Positions 60,701 to 64,000 of a DNA stretch of 64,000 bases are shown here, one piece after another. A program made the position numbers and the translations under genes. The notes beneath the pieces are model-generated. The model had not been told where the DNA came from, did not search any database, and saw nothing but the letters and a program-made list of their open reading frames with translations. Source of the stretch: Deltaproteobacteria bacterium (GTDB lineage: Bacteria; Desulfobacterota; Dissulfuribacteria; Dissulfuribacterales; UBA5754); the NCBI GenBank assembly GCA_036574075.1, contig JAINCN010000031.1, forward strand, positions 386 to 64,385. Direction: 5' to 3'. Position 1 is the first letter of the stretch, and every line of letters begins with the position of its first letter.

Positions 60701-61968
60701 GTCTTTTGCCTCTCCTTGAGGATCCCGGCGACCGTGGCCACGTCCTTGTCCCCTCGGCCGGAGAGGTTGAGAAGGACTATGGCACCAGGCCCAAGGACAT
60801 GAGCGAGCTCCTCGAGATAGGCGACTGCGTGGGCGCTCTCGAGGGCCGGGATGATCCCTTCGGTCTCGGAAAGGAGCTGAAAACCCCGGAGGGCAGCCTT
60901 GTCGTCCACTGCGACGTAGCGGACCCGGCCGCAGTCCTTGAGCGCGCTGTGCTCCGGGCCGACCCCTGGGTAGTCGAGGCCTGGGGCAATGGAGTGGGCA
61001 CCCTTGATCTGTCCCCACCGGTCCTGGAGGAGGTAGCTCATGGTCCCGTGTAGGACCCCAGGTGAGCCGCAGACAAGGGTCGCAGAGTGATGCTCTGTCT
61101 CAAGCCCTTCGCCTGCCGCCTCCACACCCACGAGTCTTACGCCCCTGTCCGGGACGAAGGCGTGGAAGATACCCATGGCGTTGCTGCCGCCGCCCACGCA
61201 GGCCACGATTGCATCCGGAAGCCTTCCTGTCCTTTTGAGGATCTCTGCCCTGGCCTCCTGCCCGATGACGCTCTGGAAATCACGGACCATGAGGGGATAG
61301 GGATGGGGGCCCACTACCGATCCGATGACGTAGTGCGTGGTCCGGATGTTGGTCACCCAGTCCCGGATGGCCTCGTTGATGGCGTCCTTCAATGTCTGGG
61401 TGCCCGAGTCCACGGGGATGACGCGGGCCCCGGCCAGCTCCATTCGAAAGACGTTCATGACCTGGCGGACCATGTCCTTTCGGCCCATGTAGATCTCGCA
61501 GGAAAGTCCCATGAGGGCGCAGGCCGTGGCCGTCGCCACCCCGTGCTGTCCGGCCCCGGTCTCGGCGATGATCCGTGTCTTTCCCATGCGTTTGGCAAGC
61601 AGGACCTGTCCGATGGTGTTGTTGATCTTGTGGGCGCCGGTATGGGCGAGGTCCTCCCGTTTGAGGAAGACCCGGATCCCGCCCAAGGCCTCGCCGAGCC
61701 TCCTGGCCTCGGTAATCGGGGTGGGGCGTCCTACATAGTCCCTCAGGATGGAGGAGAGCTCTTCGCGGAATCCCAGGTCCCGCCGTGCGGCCTTATAGGC
61801 CGATTCGAGTTCCATAAGGGCGGGCATGAGGGTCTCGGGGACATAGCGGCCTCCGTAGATTCCTCCGAATCGGCCCTTTGCATCGGGTCCTCGGGTGACG
61901 AGATCCGCACCGGCAAGTTCGGCCGGCATGATCGCCGGTGGGCGTGTCTTTGTAAGGGTTTCGCGCAT
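60697..61968 (-). CDS. trpB: tryptophan synthase beta chain
   Basis: [16 protein letters not shown], the PLP lysine in HTGAHKINN, and GGGSNAMG. Start is ATG 61968 (or 61929). Confidence 0.96.
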   Translation of the reverse strand: MRETLTKTRPPAIMPAELAGADLVTRGPDAKGRFGGIYGGRYVPETLMPALMELESAYKAARRDLGFREELSSILRDYVGRPTPITEARRLGEALGGIRVFLKREDLAHTGAHKINNTIGQVLLAKRMGKTRIIAETGAGQHGVATATACALMGLSCEIYMGRKDMVRQVMNVFRMELAGARVIPVDSGTQTLKDAINEAIRDWVTNIRTTHYVIGSVVGPHPYPLMVRDFQSVIGQEARAEILKRTGRLPDAIVACVGGGSNAMGIFHAFVPDRGVRLVGVEAAGEGLETEHHSATLVCGSPGVLHGTMSYLLQDRWGQIKGAHSIAPGLDYPGVGPEHSALKDCGRVRYVAVDDKAALRGFQLLSETEGIIPALESAHAVAYLEELAHVLGPGAIVLLNLSGRGDKDVATVAGILKERQKT

Positions 61969-62039
61969 GTTGTGGGGGTCCTTTGGTAACCTTGGCAGGG
62001 TCGAATGTGGCCGAAGAGTAGTGTATGGGAGGGGACTCG

Positions 62040-63107
62040 TCAACGAAGGGGTGTCATCCATTGCCTTCGGGCGAGGAATGCGAAAAGACCCTGTTCAGGC
62101 AGGCTTTTTACCTCGAGGACAAGGATTGGGGGGGCGGATCCCGATGGTTTCTCGAGGGGCAGGATCTTCACCCGGTCCTTGGCAGTTGTGACGAGGGCCT
62201 GTGCCCCTGCCGCACGCGCTTTTCTCCGAAGCCGTTCCATGTCCGCTTCCGTGTAGGGATGGTGGTCCGGAAAGGATCGCCTTTCCAGGATCCTGGCACC
62301 CAATCTTTCGAGGTCTCTGTAAAAGGGGGCGGGATCGGCAAGGCCTGTGAAGGCAAGGATGCGAAGGCCGGAGAGATGCGAGAGGGGATGCATTTCCCCG
62401 GCAAGGGAGACGAGTGCCGATGGGGCCGTTGCACTCGAAAAGACGGGGATGTTTGGAAATGCCGCGTGCACGGTCTTTCGGGCCCGTTCCGTCTGGGTTG
62501 GATCTTCAGCCTTGGTAAGGATTAGGGCAGATGCGCGTCTGAGCGCAGAGACGGGTTCCCTCAAAGGGCCTCCGGGAAAGACCCGGCCGCCGAGGAAGGG
62601 ATCGCGGGCAGGAAGGAGCACGAGGTCCACGCTCCGTGCAAGCCTCATGTGCTGGAACCCGTCGTCGAGGATGAGGACCCGCGCACCAAAGCGTTCCACC
62701 GCAAGGAGCCCTGAGGCGAACCTGCACGAACCTGCAATGACCGGAACACCCTTAAGTGTCTCTGCCATCATGAACGCCTCGTCTCCGGCCTCCCTGGGGG
62801 ATGTGAAAATCCGGTCTCCGTCCGTGACCACAAGAGGGCCTTTTCCGGCAGTGCTGCCATAGCCTCGGGTAAGGACCGCTGGGGACGTCTTTTGCGACCG
62901 GTACCACTCGGCAAGGGCGATCACGAGCGGGGTCTTGCCTGTTCCTCCGAGGGAGAGGTTTCCAACGCTCACGACAGGGCAAGGGAGGCGTCTTGTGCGG
63001 AGCAGGCCCCTTTGATACAAGGATTCCCTTATGACCATTGCGGCCGAATAGAGCGGAGACAGGGGGCGACATGCCGCGAAGAGGACGGAAAGAAGGTACG
63101 GACTCAC
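62040..63107 (-). CDS. lpxK: tetraacyldisaccharide 4'-kinase
   Basis: 355 aa from GTG 63107 (SD AGGAG, GTGA overlap with the waaA stop), with P-loop [13 protein letters not shown]. The 494-aa track ORF is an over-extension. Confidence 0.9.
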   Translation of the reverse strand: MSPYLLSVLFAACRPLSPLYSAAMVIRESLYQRGLLRTRRLPCPVVSVGNLSLGGTGKTPLVIALAEWYRSQKTSPAVLTRGYGSTAGKGPLVVTDGDRIFTSPREAGDEAFMMAETLKGVPVIAGSCRFASGLLAVERFGARVLILDDGFQHMRLARSVDLVLLPARDPFLGGRVFPGGPLREPVSALRRASALILTKAEDPTQTERARKTVHAAFPNIPVFSSATAPSALVSLAGEMHPLSHLSGLRILAFTGLADPAPFYRDLERLGARILERRSFPDHHPYTEADMERLRRKARAAGAQALVTTAKDRVKILPLEKPSGSAPPILVLEVKSLPEQGLFAFLARRQWMTPLR

Positions 63108-64000
63108 AGGGTTCTCCTGTCCCTGAGCATGGTCTCGACGAGGGTGATGTGCCTTTCGATGGCCCCCTGGTTCTTTTCCACCACGCCCCTGGCCTTTTTC
63201 CCTGCGATCTTTCTGGCCGTGTGATCGATGAAGAGACGTTCCAGCGCAGAGGCGAGGTCTTCGACCCCGGCTACCATCAGGCCCCCTCCGGATGTAGCGA
63301 GGCCCCTGGCCATCTCCCGGCAGCTCTCCACATGGGGGCCGAAAAGGACTGGCACCCCCCACGCGGCAGGTTCCACGAGGTTGTGCCCGCCCACCGGGAC
63401 GAGGCTTCCCCCGACAAAGGCTGCGTCGCACACGCCGTAACACCGGAAGAGCTCCCCCAGGGTGTCGAGGATCACCACGTCCACAGGGCCTTGCCTTTCC
63501 TTCGCGCTCCGGAGCCGTGCACAAAGGCCTGAGCGCCTGACCATGTCAAAAACATCGCCCGCACGGGCCGGATGCCGGGGGGCGATGAGCATCTGGAGAC
63601 GGGAAACGGTCTTTCGGACATGAAGAAAGGCCTTCAGGATGATCTCTTCCTCGCCCGGATGGGTGCTTCCCGCGACCAGGACGGGCCTTTCGGGTTCAAG
63701 GCCTATCTCCAGTGCAAATTCGATCTTCTGGTCGAGAGGGAGGTCTGGGAGTGGGCGGTCGTACTTGAGATTTCCCAGGACCGTGACCCTTTCCGGGGGG
63801 ATGCCGATTCCTATGAGCCGGTCCCTATCTTCTTGCGACTGCATGACAATGTGTTTGAAGCCACCGTAAAGGAGTTGGGCCAAGGGACGTACGCGGGTGA
63901 TAAGGGCGGCAGAACGGGACGAAATGCCTCCGTTGACGAGGGCCGTCTGGACGCCGCAGGAGGCCAGGTGCCAGATCCAGTTTGGCCAGATGTCCGTCTC
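63104..64000 (-). CDS. waaA: 3-deoxy-D-manno-octulosonic acid transferase (5' end outside the window)
   Basis: The C-terminal glycosyltransferase domain and its reading frame stay open to the window edge (ETDIWPNWIWHLASCGVQTALVNGGISSRS...). Confidence 0.85.
   Translation of the reverse strand, partial: ETDIWPNWIWHLASCGVQTALVNGGISSRSAALITRVRPLAQLLYGGFKHIVMQSQEDRDRLIGIGIPPERVTVLGNLKYDRPLPDLPLDQKIEFALEIGLEPERPVLVAGSTHPGEEEIILKAFLHVRKTVSRLQMLIAPRHPARAGDVFDMVRRSGLCARLRSAKERQGPVDVVILDTLGELFRCYGVCDAAFVGGSLVPVGGHNLVEPAAWGVPVLFGPHVESCREMARGLATSGGGLMVAGVEDLASALERLFIDHTARKIAGKKARGVVEKNQGAIERHITLVETMLRDRRTL

Overview
GC-rich bacterial chromosomal window. The gene content (iorAB, CooT, HD-GYP signalling, EF-G paralog) suggests an anaerobic Desulfobacterota/Deltaproteobacteria-like organism, but that is inference only. 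1-12.2 kb holds the canonical tRNA-Trp-secE-nusG-rplKAJL-rpoBC cluster. Here rpoC is followed by two SAM methyltransferases rather than rpsL/rpsG. 13.5-31.7 kb is mostly housekeeping: an OM beta-barrel protein, LD-carboxypeptidase, a DnaJ-like protein, thrC, eno, iorAB, a c-di-GMP/two-component trio, HAD and MarC. 51.2-64 kb holds acpS, a ybeY-pdxJ fused ORF, phoH, corA, a Crp/Fnr regulator, ychF, mog, an EF-G paralog, tRNA-His, trpBA, lpxK and waaA (cut by the window edge). Two things stand out. (1) 32.35-51.26 kb contains three transcription units, each fronted by TTGTCAC-type heptamers at exact 11-bp phasing, which is Pho-box architecture. The three units are pstSCAB-phoU, an uncharacterised 5.7-kb operon, and an orphan 805-aa protein overlapping a phosphatidylserine-decarboxylase-family gene and an Lgt-like membrane protein. 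The 5.7-kb operon encodes a Zn-ribbon protein, two small HMA-like proteins, a DUF5132-like protein, a 15 x 11-residue repeat protein, a P2-type ATPase with the same HMA-like domain at its N-terminus, and a divergent MetK. The last two units are my candidates for undescribed phosphate-starvation systems. (2) A ~175-bp MITE-like element has 14-bp terminal inverted repeats, a nested 20-bp palindrome and verifiable 5-bp target-site duplications. It occurs four times, plus degenerate relics. One copy truncates a lipoprotein gene and one sits inside the pst operon. I saw no CRISPR array, rRNA, integrase/transposase gene or recognisable defence gene. Many long ORFs in the track are antisense or 5'-extension artefacts typical of high-GC DNA and are rejected below.
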